Positions 28,197 to 38,945 are shown, counted from the stretch's first letter. The stretch: 64,000 nucleotides of DNA from Gemmatimonadota bacterium (GCA_034521595.1 JAXHMG010000003.1:864001-928000), one strand, 5' to 3'. Notes: generated from the sequence alone by a model not told the origin. Numbers and translations are program-made.

Positions 28197-28846
28197 GCCC
28201 GCCGCTTCGCGCAGCGGTTTTCGCGTCGGGCGGCGGCACGAACCTCCAGTCACTCCTGGATCACGGGGCCGAGGCCTGGCGCGTGGCGTTGGTGGTCTCC
28301 GATCGCCCCGATGCCGGTGCCTTACGACGTGCCGGGCGCGCCGACGTGCCGACCGTGGTGGTTCCGCACGCCTCCGGCGCGACCGAAGACCCGGCCGGCC
28401 GCATGCTCACCGCGCTCGCGGAGCACGACATCGACTTCGTCCTCCTCGCGGGTTACATGAAGCTGGTTCCCGCCGAGGTCGTGGAGCGCTATACCGACCG
28501 CATCGTGAACGTGCACCCGGCCCTTCTCCCGTCGTTCGGGGGCAAGGGAATGTACGGCATCCACGTGCATCGCGCGGTGCTCCAGGCCGGCGTGCGCCTG
28601 ACCGGGCCCACCGTGCACCTCGTCGACGAAGTCTACGACCGGGGCCGGATCATCGCCCAGTGGCCGGTGCCGGTGAAAGCGGACGACACACCGGAGGACG
28701 TGGCCGCCCGCGTGCTCCGGGTGGAACACTCGCTCTATCCGAGGGTGGTGGACCACCTCGCGGCCGCGTGGCGCGCCGGACGCACGCCCGGGCCGCTCGA
28801 TGAATCCGGCGCGGCGTTCCGGCTGACCGACTCCCCGGACGTCTGA
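28193..28846 (+). CDS. purN: Phosphoribosylglycinamide formyltransferase
   Basis: FASGGGTNLQ, LAGYMK, NVHPALLP, YDRGRIIAQ. Confidence 0.95.
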   Translation: MSPPLRAAVFASGGGTNLQSLLDHGAEAWRVALVVSDRPDAGALRRAGRADVPTVVVPHASGATEDPAGRMLTALAEHDIDFVLLAGYMKLVPAEVVERYTDRIVNVHPALLPSFGGKGMYGIHVHRAVLQAGVRLTGPTVHLVDEVYDRGRIIAQWPVPVKADDTPEDVAARVLRVEHSLYPRVVDHLAAAWRAGRTPGPLDESGAAFRLTDSPDV

Positions 28847-28878
28847 CCCCTGAATCCCCTCCGACAGAGAGAAAAGTC

Positions 28879-30537
28879 ATGAAGCGGGCGCTCATCAGCG
28901 TATCCGACAAGAACGGCATCGTGGACTTCGCGAAGGCGCTCGCCGAGCGTGGATGGGAGCTCCTCTCCACCGGCGGGACCGCCAAGGCGCTCCGCGACGC
29001 CGGCCTCGACGTGACGAGCGTGACCGACGTGACCGGCCACCCGGAGATGATGGAGGGCCGGGTCAAGACGCTCCATCCGGCCATCCATGCGGGCCTCCTG
29101 GCGCGCCGCGACCGATCCGACGACCTCGAAGCGCTGGAGGCGCACGGCTACGGAACCATCGACCTCGTCGCCGTGAACCTCTACCCGTTCCGGGAGACCG
29201 TGGCCGAGGGCGGCGTGCCGGTACCGAGGGCCATGGAGAACGTCGACATCGGCGGCCCGACCATGATCCGCGCGGCGGCCAAGAGCCACCGTGACGTGTG
29301 GGTCGTGGTCGATCCGGAGGACTACGCCGACGTGCTCGAGGCCGTCGACGCTCCAGAGGAGGACGCGTCGGAGGCCGAGGACCTGCGCCGTCGTCTCGCA
29401 GCCAAGGTCTTCCGGCACATGAGCGGGTACGACGCCGCGGTCGCGGACTACCTCGAGGCCGAGGCCGAAGTCGAGTTCGATCCCACCCCCGAGACGCTGG
29501 ATTTCTCCTTCGAGCGCGTGCAGACGCTCCGCTACGGGGAAAACCCGGACCAGGAAGCCGCGTTCTACGCACCGGCCGGCCACCGTGTGGGCATTTCCGC
29601 GCTCGAGCAGCACCATGGCAAGGAGCTGAGCTACAACAACCTGCTCGACCTCGACGGTGCCCTCCTGAGCCTCGCTCCGTTCGCGCTCTCGACCCGGGCC
29701 GCGGTGTGCATCGTCAAGCACACGACCCCCTGTGGGCTCGGGGTGGCCGACGACCTCGCCGACGCCTACCGGAAAGCGCTGGCCACGGATCCCGTCAGCG
29801 CGTTCGGCTCGGTCATCGCCGTGAACCGTGAAGTCGACCAGGCCACGGCGGAGCTCCTGTCGGAGCTGTTCGTGGAGTGTGTCGTCGCTCCCGGATACGA
29901 CCAGTCCGCCATGGCGACGCTCACCGAGAAGAAGAACGTCCGACTCCTGACCTTTCCGGAGTTCGAAGGGTCCGTGCCATCGTGGGTGTCCGCCGCCTGG
30001 GAGGGCGATGAGGACGCGCTGGGGCAGGTCGCGTTCCTCGCCGTGCACGGCGCGCTCCCCGTGCCACGGGTCTTCCGCTCGGTGTCCGGCGGCCTCCTCG
30101 TGCAGACCCCTCCAGTGCCTCCGTTCTTCGGGCTGGCGGACCATGACTGGCAGGTCGTCACCGATCGCGTTCCCGATGACCGCGAGCACGACGACCTCGC
30201 ATTCGCCTGGGGCGCGATCTTCGGCGTCAAGTCGAACGCCATCATGCTGGCCCGGGACGGCGCGGTTCTCGGAATCGGGGCCGGTCAGATGAGCCGCGTC
30301 GATTCCTCCAAGATCGCCGTCCGCAAGGCTTCCGACGCCGGTCTCGACCTGACCGGCTCGGTGCTCGCCTCCGACGCCTTCTTCCCCTTCCGAGACGGCG
30401 TCGACGCGGCGGCCGAGGCGGGGGTGCGCGCCGTCATCCAACCCGGCGGCTCCAAGCGCGACCAGGAAGTCATCGACGCCGCCAACGAGCACGGCATCGC
30501 GATGGTGTTCACGGGACGGAGGTTGTTCCGGCACTAG
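28879..30537 (+). CDS. purH: Bifunctional AICAR formyltransferase / IMP cyclohydrolase
   Basis: [42 protein letters not shown]. Confidence 0.97.
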   Translation: MKRALISVSDKNGIVDFAKALAERGWELLSTGGTAKALRDAGLDVTSVTDVTGHPEMMEGRVKTLHPAIHAGLLARRDRSDDLEALEAHGYGTIDLVAVNLYPFRETVAEGGVPVPRAMENVDIGGPTMIRAAAKSHRDVWVVVDPEDYADVLEAVDAPEEDASEAEDLRRRLAAKVFRHMSGYDAAVADYLEAEAEVEFDPTPETLDFSFERVQTLRYGENPDQEAAFYAPAGHRVGISALEQHHGKELSYNNLLDLDGALLSLAPFALSTRAAVCIVKHTTPCGLGVADDLADAYRKALATDPVSAFGSVIAVNREVDQATAELLSELFVECVVAPGYDQSAMATLTEKKNVRLLTFPEFEGSVPSWVSAAWEGDEDALGQVAFLAVHGALPVPRVFRSVSGGLLVQTPPVPPFFGLADHDWQVVTDRVPDDREHDDLAFAWGAIFGVKSNAIMLARDGAVLGIGAGQMSRVDSSKIAVRKASDAGLDLTGSVLASDAFFPFRDGVDAAAEAGVRAVIQPGGSKRDQEVIDAANEHGIAMVFTGRRLFRH

Positions 30538-30540
30538 GCA

Positions 30541-30570
30541 TACGGGCGGCCGGCTTCAGCGGCGCCCGTA
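30541..30570 (+). terminator. Hairpin after purH
   Basis: TACGGGCG...CGCCCGTA inverted repeat; weak U-tract. Confidence 0.45.
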
Positions 30571-30629
30571 TCCGCGTTTCAACCGCGAATCTCGGTCGCC
30601 CTGGGCGCGTCCGGTACGTTCATCGCGAT

Positions 30630-30658
30630 TTGCGTTTCGCCATCCAGCGTGGTATTAG
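30630..30658 (+). promoter_or_regulatory. Sigma-70-type promoter candidate for susC
   Basis: TTGCGT-N17-TATTAG with a TG extended -10. Confidence 0.4.
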
Positions 30659-30711
30659 GAAGAGACAGACTTTCGTCCCCTGGAGGGGGACGGAAGTGAG
30701 CTAATGCCACG

Positions 30712-33700
30712 ATGGAGGCCTGTATGGGTACGAACACGTCGTATGGGAGCATGAACGATCCCGGTGGAACAGGGCGTTCCACCCGCGGACGAGTGGGAGT
30801 GGTGGCCCTGGTGGCAGCCGGTCTTTCGCTCCTCGCGAGTCCGGTGAGCATCCAGGCCCAAACCGGTCAGGTCACCGGCACCGTGACGGCCGCGAGCACC
30901 GGCGCACCGCTCGGGGAAGTCCAGGTCTTCATCGTGGACGCCGAGTTGGGCACCCTGAGCCGATCCAACGGCCGATTCCTGATCCTGAACGTGCCCGCCG
31001 GAAGCTACGAAGTGCGAGCGGAGCGTATCGGCTACGGAGCGGCGACCCAGACGGTGGACGTCACCGCGGGTGGGACCGCGGTCGCGGACTTCAGCCTCGG
31101 GGAAGAGGCCTTGGGGCTCGACGAGATCGTCGTGACCGGGACCGCAGGCCAGTCGCGCCGACGCGAGATCGGAAACGCGATCAACCAGATCAATGTCGGG
31201 GAAATCCCGGATCGGCCCGTCAGCACGACGGACCTTCTCCAGGGTTCGGCTCCAGGCATCGAGATCACAGGAGGGAGCGGAGAGCTCGGGCAGGGCAAGC
31301 AGATCCGCCTCCGCGGCAACTCCTCGGTGTCGATGACGAACCAGCCGATCATCTACATCGACGGTGTCCGCATGATGGATGGGGCCTTCCCCACGGTGGA
31401 CGGCCAGGACTTTCCAGGCGGTCGTGGCGCGTTGGTAACCGCGAGCCCCTTGGACAACATCAACCCCAACGACATCGAGCGCATCGAGGTCATCAAGGGC
31501 TCCGCGGCCACGACGCTGTTCGGGACCGAGGCATCCGCGGGCGTCATCCAGGTGTTCACCAAGAGAGGCTCGAGCGGCGCGCCCGTATGGACGGCCGAGA
31601 TGCAGCAGGGTACGGGATGGGTCAAGGAGTTCGGAGCGAACGGCGTGCAGTATCTCCACATGGAGCACTACCTCCGCGACCCCTGGTGGGGTGGCGGGTA
31701 CGAGGGTGGTGAGCTCTCCGAGCCGTGCGTGACGGAGCCCGACTCCCGGTGGGGAGATCACAACAGCAGCGCGGAGGGGGCGTGTAGCTGGCCCGGCTCC
31801 GTCTGGCTGCAGAACTACAACCTGTCGGTACGCGGAGGCGGTCAGGACCTTCAGTACTTCATGTCCGGCCAGTACCAGGACGATACCGGGGTGATGCCGA
31901 ACGACTACCTGGAAAAGTACAACTTCCGGGGCAACTTCACGGTCACCCCGACCGAGGGGCTGCAGATCCAGTGGAACACGGGATATACCAACCAGTGGCA
32001 GCAGAACACCTCCGGGGGGAACAACGCGCAGGGGTTGACGCTCAACGCATTCCGCCAGGAGCGGAACTACCTGGCGAGTAAGGACCCTCGGGATATCGCG
32101 ATCGTTCTGGACTATGACCTGCAGCAGCGGATCGAGCGTTTGAGTTCGGGCATCACCCTGACGTACTCTCCGCTGTCCAACCTGACCAACCGTTTCACGG
32201 TCGGTTACGACTTCTCCTCGCAGGAAGGGCGCAACCTCCGGAACTTCGGTTATCCGCAGTTCCCGCAGGGCGGCCTCATGAACGACACGTGGCAAAAGCG
32301 CATCCTCACGTTCGACTACGTCGGAACGTACAGCTTCGACGTGACCGACGCGGTGCGGTCCAACTTCTCGTGGGGCGGGCAGGCCATCGGAGACGAGGTG
32401 CGTCAGGTGCAGGCATGGGGTGAGGACTTTCCCGGTGCCGCCGAACCCACGGTCGGCTCTGCCGCGCAGACGATCGCGAACGAGGAGAGGCAGAAGATCT
32501 GGAACGCCGGGTTCTTCTTCCAGAACGTCTTCGACATCAACGACCAGTACTTCGTCACTGCGGGTGTGCGCGTCGATGGGAACAGCGCGTTCGGTGAAGG
32601 CTTCGGGTTGCAGACCTATCCGAAGGTGAGCGGTACCTGGGTCATCAGTGACGCGGATTTCTGGTCCGAGAGCATGGGCTCCGTGAAGCTCCGGGCAGCT
32701 TACGGTCAGTCCGGGCGCGCTCCCGGAGCGTTCGATGCCGTGCGGACGTGGGAGGCGGCGGGCTTCGCCGGCCAGCCGGCCTTCGTGCCGGAGAACCTGG
32801 GCAACTCGGACCTGGGGCCGGAAGTGACCGCGGAGTGGGAGGTCGGCTTCGACGGCTCCTGGCTCCAGGACCGGATCTCGGCACAGTTCACCTATTACGA
32901 TCAGACGACGACCGACGCCCTCATGAGCGTGGGGAGCATCCCGTCGGAAGGTTTCACGCAGAGTCAGCTCGAGAACGTCGGTGAGCTCAGCAACAAGGGT
33001 ATGGAGCTCCAAGTCGACGGTGCGGTCGTCCAGGGGGCGGATTGGGGGTGGGATGTCGGCCTCGGCATCTCGACCAACAACTCCGAAGTCGTCGACCTCG
33101 GTGGTATCCAGGAGTTCAGCGACCTGAACGGCCGGATCATCGAAGGGGAGCCGGTTCCGGTCATGTGGGACCGGCGAGTCGCCAACCCTGACGAGATCGC
33201 CGAGTTCGAGTACGAGAACGGGGGCGAGAACGTGGTCATCGGCCCCGGATTGCCGACGCACTTCCTGACCCCGAACATGTCCTTCCGGATGCCGGGCAAC
33301 ATCACGCTCTCCGCGCGAGGCGAGTACCGGGGCGGACACTACATGGAGATCAACGAGATTTCCATCGGCCGGTCGGTACGCTCACCACTGTGCTTTCCCT
33401 ACTACGTCGATCCGGCCAACTCGATCGAGCTCGAGGAAGATACCCCGGCTCTGTGGCGGGAGCGTTGCACGCCCGGCGCCGCGGACGACTACTGGTTCGA
33501 CGCCGACTATTTCAAGCTGCGGAGCGTGAGTGCCACGGTCCCGGTCGACTTCGCGTTTCCGGATCGGGTCAGCAACGCCACCATAACCCTCGCCCTGAAT
33601 AACGCGTGGGACTGGTACCGTGAGATCCCGTGGTACGACCCGGAGGTCCTCGGGAACGCCGCCGCCAACGACGATGGGGTCGGGAACCAGACCGAACGCG

Positions 33701-33747
33701 TTCCCGCGCCCGCGACCTTCCGCATTGCCCTCCGCGTCACGTTCTGA
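30712..33747 (+). CDS. SusC/RagA-family TonB-dependent outer membrane transporter (start may be 30751)
   Basis: N-terminal carboxypeptidase-regulatory-like domain, LDEIVVTG, INPNDIERIEVIKGSAATTLFG plug, C-terminal Phe. Confidence 0.95.
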   Translation: MEACMGTNTSYGSMNDPGGTGRSTRGRVGVVALVAAGLSLLASPVSIQAQTGQVTGTVTAASTGAPLGEVQVFIVDAELGTLSRSNGRFLILNVPAGSYEVRAERIGYGAATQTVDVTAGGTAVADFSLGEEALGLDEIVVTGTAGQSRRREIGNAINQINVGEIPDRPVSTTDLLQGSAPGIEITGGSGELGQGKQIRLRGNSSVSMTNQPIIYIDGVRMMDGAFPTVDGQDFPGGRGALVTASPLDNINPNDIERIEVIKGSAATTLFGTEASAGVIQVFTKRGSSGAPVWTAEMQQGTGWVKEFGANGVQYLHMEHYLRDPWWGGGYEGGELSEPCVTEPDSRWGDHNSSAEGACSWPGSVWLQNYNLSVRGGGQDLQYFMSGQYQDDTGVMPNDYLEKYNFRGNFTVTPTEGLQIQWNTGYTNQWQQNTSGGNNAQGLTLNAFRQERNYLASKDPRDIAIVLDYDLQQRIERLSSGITLTYSPLSNLTNRFTVGYDFSSQEGRNLRNFGYPQFPQGGLMNDTWQKRILTFDYVGTYSFDVTDAVRSNFSWGGQAIGDEVRQVQAWGEDFPGAAEPTVGSAAQTIANEERQKIWNAGFFFQNVFDINDQYFVTAGVRVDGNSAFGEGFGLQTYPKVSGTWVISDADFWSESMGSVKLRAAYGQSGRAPGAFDAVRTWEAAGFAGQPAFVPENLGNSDLGPEVTAEWEVGFDGSWLQDRISAQFTYYDQTTTDALMSVGSIPSEGFTQSQLENVGELSNKGMELQVDGAVVQGADWGWDVGLGISTNNSEVVDLGGIQEFSDLNGRIIEGEPVPVMWDRRVANPDEIAEFEYENGGENVVIGPGLPTHFLTPNMSFRMPGNITLSARGEYRGGHYMEINEISIGRSVRSPLCFPYYVDPANSIELEEDTPALWRERCTPGAADDYWFDADYFKLRSVSATVPVDFAFPDRVSNATITLALNNAWDWYREIPWYDPEVLGNAAANDDGVGNQTERVPAPATFRIALRVTF

Positions 33748-33760
33748 GGAGGGACGAGAG

Positions 33761-35086
33761 ATGAACTACATGACGAAACGACAGGAACGGGCTGCCGCCG
33801 CCGTACGGCGGTTGACGGGAGCCGCGACCGCAATCTTCACGATCGCGCTGCTGAGCGCCTGCGACGTGACCAACCCCGGCCCCGTGCAGGACGAGTTCCT
33901 CGGGGACGAGGAATCCCAGCCGGGACTGGTCAATGGCTCCATCCGCAGGCTCTCGGAGCTCACGACGTGGACCGCATACACGACCGCGCTCCTATCGAGG
34001 GAGATCTTTCCGGGCGGACAGACCGGAGCGGGCGGACACGACGTGTCGACTCAGGGCGGGCATGTGCAGCCCGGGAGCTACGGCGGTTATTTCGACGACG
34101 CGCAGCAGGCCCGGTTCATCGCCGAGGAAGCGATCGAGCGCTTCAACGACGTGGGGGCGTCGGACGACATGCTCTACCAGGCCCACCTCTGGGCCGGATA
34201 CGCGTACCGGGCGCTCGGAGAGAACTGGTGTGATGCCGTGATCGACGGTAGCGGCATTCAGCCCGGTAGCGTCTACTTCGAGAACGCGGTGGAGAACTTC
34301 ACCGATGCGCTGAGCTATGCTGCGAATGAAGAGGAGCGCCTCCCCGCGCTCGCGGGCCGGGCCGCGGCCCGGGTGTGGCTTGGGGAATGGGGCGACGCGG
34401 CGGCTGATGCCGAGCAAGTACCGGACGATTTCGCTTTCTGGCTCGAGATGGATCAGACCGGCAGCACGTCGTACCACAACTGGCTCTACTTCGCCAACGC
34501 GAACCGCCCTTACCGGTCCTACTCCATCTGGAACACCTTCTTCGAGGACTACTACACGAACACGGGCGATCCTCGCACGCCGTGGACGGACGACCCCGAC
34601 GAGCCGTTCGCGAACGCGGCGCTCTCCGGGTACGGACAGATTCCGTGGACGAACCAGCTCAAGTACACGAGCCGGGACGACGACATGCGGCTCGCCAGTG
34701 GCTGGGAGATGCTGCTGATCCGTGCCGAGGCCATACTCGAGGGTGGTGCACCCGGTGACTACACCGACGCCATGGACCTCATCAACGAGGTGCGGACGCG
34801 GAACGTGAGCGACAATGATGACCAGCCGCTCGAGGCGTGGAACGCGACCGACGAGACGGAAGCGTGGACGTTCCTCAAGCGGGAGCGCGCGATCGAGCTC
34901 TGGCTCGAAGGACGCCGGCTCGGCGACGAGCGCCGCTGGATGGAGAACGGCACGCCCGGCGAGCTCGACACGCCCGACTGGAGTGAGATCTCACCGATCT
35001 TCACCGAGAACCCGCGGTCGTTCTGCTTCGATATTCCCGACTCGGAGCGCGACGCGAACCCCGAGGTGCCGACGACGTCCGGTTGA
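33761..35086 (+). CDS. SusD/RagB-family lipoprotein
   Basis: Lipobox LSAC, EMLLIRAEA, ERAIELWLEGRRLGD, IPDSERDANP; directly follows susC. Confidence 0.92.
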   Translation: MNYMTKRQERAAAAVRRLTGAATAIFTIALLSACDVTNPGPVQDEFLGDEESQPGLVNGSIRRLSELTTWTAYTTALLSREIFPGGQTGAGGHDVSTQGGHVQPGSYGGYFDDAQQARFIAEEAIERFNDVGASDDMLYQAHLWAGYAYRALGENWCDAVIDGSGIQPGSVYFENAVENFTDALSYAANEEERLPALAGRAAARVWLGEWGDAAADAEQVPDDFAFWLEMDQTGSTSYHNWLYFANANRPYRSYSIWNTFFEDYYTNTGDPRTPWTDDPDEPFANAALSGYGQIPWTNQLKYTSRDDDMRLASGWEMLLIRAEAILEGGAPGDYTDAMDLINEVRTRNVSDNDDQPLEAWNATDETEAWTFLKRERAIELWLEGRRLGDERRWMENGTPGELDTPDWSEISPIFTENPRSFCFDIPDSERDANPEVPTTSG

Positions 35087-35124
35087 CTCGTGAGCCGGCG
35101 GTTGCTGGAACGCACCGCCGACGT

Positions 35125-35173
35125 GAAAAGAAGGAGGGGTGGAACGGACCCGTGCCGTTCCACCCCTCTCTTT
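35125..35173. terminator. Bidirectional intrinsic terminator between susD and the DUF3127 gene
   Basis: 14-bp stem GAGGGGTGGAACGG / CCGTTCCACCCCTC with A-rich and T-rich flanks. Confidence 0.85.
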
Positions 35174-35195
35174 ACGCCTGCCGGCCGGACCGTGT

Positions 35196-35573
35196 CTAGA
35201 ACGGCAGGTCGTCGTCGTAGTCGGTCGTGTCGGTCGGCTCCTCCGGGAAGTTGGCCGACGGGCCGGCCGGCTCGGGCTGCCCCTGGGCTCCGTCCGGAGC
35301 CGCGCCTTCTCGCTCGATCCGCCAAGCCTTCACGTCCGTATACCATCGCCCTTTGAATTCCCGGCTCTGGACATCGACGTGCGCGGTGAGCCGCTCGCCC
35401 TCCTGCACGGCGAACTGTTCGATGTTGTCACCCCACTGGAGGATGCATACGTCCTTCGGGTATTTGCCCTCGGTCTGGAGGATGAACTCCTGCTTGCGCC
35501 AGGGACCTTTCTTGCTCTCGCCCGACTGCTCCTCGAGCACCTGCTTCACCGTTCCCGTGATCCTGAGATCCAT
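35196..35573 (-). CDS. DUF3127 family OB-fold protein with SSB-like acidic tail
   Basis: WRKQEFIL, SREFKGRWYTDVKAWRI, C-terminal DDDLPF. Confidence 0.9.
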   Translation of the reverse strand: MDLRITGTVKQVLEEQSGESKKGPWRKQEFILQTEGKYPKDVCILQWGDNIEQFAVQEGERLTAHVDVQSREFKGRWYTDVKAWRIEREGAAPDGAQGQPEPAGPSANFPEEPTDTTDYDDDLPF

Positions 35574-35654
35574 GGCGACTCGCGACTCCGTAGCGTGATG
35601 AGGCGTATGCGGTCCGTCCGACCGCACCTGAACCTAGAGGGGTGGGCGCGTGAC

Positions 35655-36236
35655 TCAAGGGACGGAGTCGGGTTTCTCGCCGAGGAGCCGGCCCACCGCG
35701 GCTCTGAGCGCCGGAGGTGTGAAATATCCCACGACGCGGTGGCGAAGGACCCCATTCCGGTCGATCAGGAAGGTCGTCGGGATCCCGGCGATCCCTCCGA
35801 ACGCCCGCCTTTGCTCAGCCGTTGCACGGGCGATCGGGAAGGTGATCCCCCGTTCATCGACATATTCGCGTATCGGACGCTCGGATCCTGCGTCCGTCGA
35901 CAGCCCCACCACGACCACCCCGTCGTCGGCCCGGTCTTCGTGTAACGATTGCAGCGACGGCATCTCCAGCCGACACGGCCCGCACCATGTCGCCCAGAAG
36001 TTCACGACGACCACGCGCCCCTCCAGCTCCGCCGCCCGAATCGTGTCCCCGTCGAGCGTCACGACCGTGTAGTCCGGCGCGCGCCCCAGATCGGGCGCCA
36101 CTCCCGTGAGCGCTCCGAGCTGCGGACCCAGCCGGTAGAGCACGAACCCGAGCACCCCGACCCAGATGACGCGCTCGACCCACGTCCGCCAGGCACCGCG
36201 CGATCTCGACTCGTTCGTTCGCTCCTCGTCCGTCAT
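35655..36236 (-). CDS. TlpA/ResA-family membrane-anchored thiol-disulfide oxidoreductase
   Basis: N-terminal TM helix, VNFWATWCGPCRLEMP, GIPTTFLID. Confidence 0.93.
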   Translation of the reverse strand: MTDEERTNESRSRGAWRTWVERVIWVGVLGFVLYRLGPQLGALTGVAPDLGRAPDYTVVTLDGDTIRAAELEGRVVVVNFWATWCGPCRLEMPSLQSLHEDRADDGVVVVGLSTDAGSERPIREYVDERGITFPIARATAEQRRAFGGIAGIPTTFLIDRNGVLRHRVVGYFTPPALRAAVGRLLGEKPDSVP

Positions 36237-36386
36237 ACCGCCAGGAACCCCACCCACCCGCCACGGGTCCCCACTCGATGCGCATCGCTCGGTGTGGCGC
36301 GTGGCAACGAGTAAGATGTGAGCCGGCGCAAAGACGAGGCGAGGTGCACGCCTGGAACCGCCCGCACACGGCCGGTAGGATTGGGC

Positions 36387-38945
36387 ATGCCTGACCGCCC
36401 TCGCCCCTCGCTTCCCGACCTCCCCGTCCTCCCCGCCCTCGACGAGGTCGGACGCGCGCTCTCGGAGCACCGGGGCGCGGTGCTCGTCGCTCCGCCGGGC
36501 GCCGGGAAGACCACGCTCGTGCCGCTGGCGGTCCTGGACGCGGATTGGTTGGGGGCGGGCAAGATCATCGTGCTGGAGCCTCGCCGGCTGGCCGCCCGCT
36601 CGGCGGCCCGGCGCATGGCGTCTCTTCTGGGAGAGAAGGATGTGGGCGGCACCGTGGGATACCGGGTGCGGATGGATACGAAGGTCGGGCCCGGGACCCG
36701 CATCGAGGTCGTGACCGAGGGCGTCTTGACCCGGATGCTACTCGACGATCCGGCGCTCGAAGACATCGGGCTGGTCATCTTCGACGAGTTCCACGAGCGG
36801 TCGTTGCACGCCGACCTGGGGCTCGCCCTCTCGCTGCAGTCTCGCCAGCTCCTGAGGAACGAATTGCGACTGCTGGTGATGTCCGCCACGCTGGACCCGA
36901 CGCCGGTGGCGGAGCTCCTGGACGATGCGCCGATCATACGGAGCGAAGGCCGGAGCCATCCGGTGGAAACGCGGTGGCGGGACCGGCCCGTGGACGGGTG
37001 GATCGAGCCCCCGACGGTGAGCGCGGTTCTGGACGCGCTGGAGACGGACGAGGGCGACGTCCTCGTCTTCCTCCCGGGGGCGGGGGAGATCCGGCGGACG
37101 GCCGACCGGCTCCGGGAGGCCGGGCTGCCGGACGGGGTGGACCTCTACCCACTCTTCGGGGCGCTCCCCAGGGCCGAGCAGGACCGGGCCATCATCCCGA
37201 GCCCGGAAGGCCGCAGGAAGATCGTGCTCGCGACGTCGATCGCCGAGACGTCCCTCACTATCGAGGGTGTGCGGGTGGTGGTCGACAGCGGCCGGATGCG
37301 CGTTCCGCGCTTCGACCCGGGGAGCGGGATGACACGACTCACGACCGTGACCGTGACACGGGACGCGGCGGATCAGCGTCGCGGGCGCGCGGGCCGGACC
37401 GCGCCGGGGGTCTGCTACCGGCTGTGGACGAAAGCGGAAGATCGGGGGCTGGTGCCCAGTCGCAGGCCCGAGATCGAGGAGGCCGATCTCGCGCCACTCG
37501 CCCTGGACCTCGCGGCATGGGGCGCCAGGCCGGAGGAGCTCCGCTGGATGACGCCTCCCCCCGAGGCTTCGCTCGCGCAGGCCAGCGAGCTGCTGCGCGA
37601 GCTCGACGCCCTCGACGGTGACGACGTGGTCACGGCGCACGGCCGTGCACTGGCCGGGATGAGTGTGCACCCGCGCTTGGCGCACATGTTGGTGCGGGGC
37701 AGGGAGCTGGGCCATGGAGGCATCGCCTGCGACCTCGCCGCGCTGCTCGGTGACCGGGACATCCTCGACGCTCCGGAACGTCCGCCGGACGCCGATCTCC
37801 GCCTCCGGGTCGAGGCCATGCGACGGGCCCGCGCTCGCACGAGCGCCCATGCCAGCGGTGCCCGCGGCCATCGTGTGCGCAAAGGAGCGCTCGATCGGGC
37901 CCTCCGCGAGGCACGCCACCTACGGCGGTCGCTCGGCACGGGGGAAGGGGACGGCGACCCGGCCGAGGTGGAGCACGTGGGGCTCCTGCTCGCGTTCGCC
38001 TATCCCGACCGGGTCGGCCGGCGCAGGGAGGGGAGCCGCGGACGCTTCCTGCTTCGGAACGGAATGGGCGCACGGCTCACGGAAGAGCAGGGGCTCGGCG
38101 ACGCCGACTGGATCGTCGCGGCGGATCTGGACGCCCGGGGGCCGGACGCCCGGATCTTCCTCGCGGCCCCGCTCGAGCAGGAAGACGTCGAGCGATACTT
38201 CGCGGAGCACGTGCGCACGGTCGAGGACATAGCCTGGAGCGAAGAGGCGGGCCGCGTGGAGGCCCACCGCCGGGAGGTCCTGGGCGCGATCACCGTGCGC
38301 GAGGCGCCCTTGAAGGATCCCCCGAGAGATGCGGTGCTGGCGGCGCTCCTGGACGGCATCCGGTCGGAGGGGGTCGGAAGCCTGCCATGGACTCGGGACA
38401 GCGAGCGTCTACGGGATCGCCTCCTCTTTCTCCACGAGCTCGCCCCGGAGCGCTGGCCCGATCGCTCGGACGAGGCCCTGCTCACGGGCCTGGAGGAGTG
38501 GCTCCTGCCGTTCCTGGCCGGCCTCGAGTCCTCCCGCCGACTCGGGGACCTCGCCCGGATCGATTTCGACGAGGCGCTCCTGACGGGCATCGACTGGGCC
38601 GATCGGGCGCGGCTCGACGAATGGGCCCCGACGCACCTGGAGGTGCCCAGCGGCGCACGCGTGCCGATCGACTACTCCGATCCGAAGGCTCCGGCGCTCG
38701 CCGTTCGGCTGCAGCAGGTCTTCGGGATGACGGAGACGCCCCGTATCGGGGGTGGCCGGGTCCCGCTCACGATGAAGCTACTCTCTCCGGCCCAACGCCC
38801 CATTCAAGTGACGCGTGACCTGGAGAGCTTCTGGCGGGAGGCGTACTTCGAGGTCCGGAAGGACCTCCGAGGGCGCTACCCGAAGCATCCCTGGCCGGAG
38901 GACCCCATGGCCGCCGAGCCCACGAATCGGACCAAGGGGCGGTGA
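36387..38945 (+). CDS. hrpB: ATP-dependent helicase HrpB
   Basis: APPGAGKTT, DEFHER, QRRGRAGR, LLSPAQRPIQVTRDL, GRYPKHPWPEDP. Confidence 0.97.
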   Translation: MPDRPRPSLPDLPVLPALDEVGRALSEHRGAVLVAPPGAGKTTLVPLAVLDADWLGAGKIIVLEPRRLAARSAARRMASLLGEKDVGGTVGYRVRMDTKVGPGTRIEVVTEGVLTRMLLDDPALEDIGLVIFDEFHERSLHADLGLALSLQSRQLLRNELRLLVMSATLDPTPVAELLDDAPIIRSEGRSHPVETRWRDRPVDGWIEPPTVSAVLDALETDEGDVLVFLPGAGEIRRTADRLREAGLPDGVDLYPLFGALPRAEQDRAIIPSPEGRRKIVLATSIAETSLTIEGVRVVVDSGRMRVPRFDPGSGMTRLTTVTVTRDAADQRRGRAGRTAPGVCYRLWTKAEDRGLVPSRRPEIEEADLAPLALDLAAWGARPEELRWMTPPPEASLAQASELLRELDALDGDDVVTAHGRALAGMSVHPRLAHMLVRGRELGHGGIACDLAALLGDRDILDAPERPPDADLRLRVEAMRRARARTSAHASGARGHRVRKGALDRALREARHLRRSLGTGEGDGDPAEVEHVGLLLAFAYPDRVGRRREGSRGRFLLRNGMGARLTEEQGLGDADWIVAADLDARGPDARIFLAAPLEQEDVERYFAEHVRTVEDIAWSEEAGRVEAHRREVLGAITVREAPLKDPPRDAVLAALLDGIRSEGVGSLPWTRDSERLRDRLLFLHELAPERWPDRSDEALLTGLEEWLLPFLAGLESSRRLGDLARIDFDEALLTGIDWADRARLDEWAPTHLEVPSGARVPIDYSDPKAPALAVRLQQVFGMTETPRIGGGRVPLTMKLLSPAQRPIQVTRDLESFWREAYFEVRKDLRGRYPKHPWPEDPMAAEPTNRTKGR

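Noticed and set aside
28847-28878. ZTP (pfl) riboswitch before purH
   Set aside because: The spacer is only 32 bp and purN overlaps its upstream gene, leaving no room
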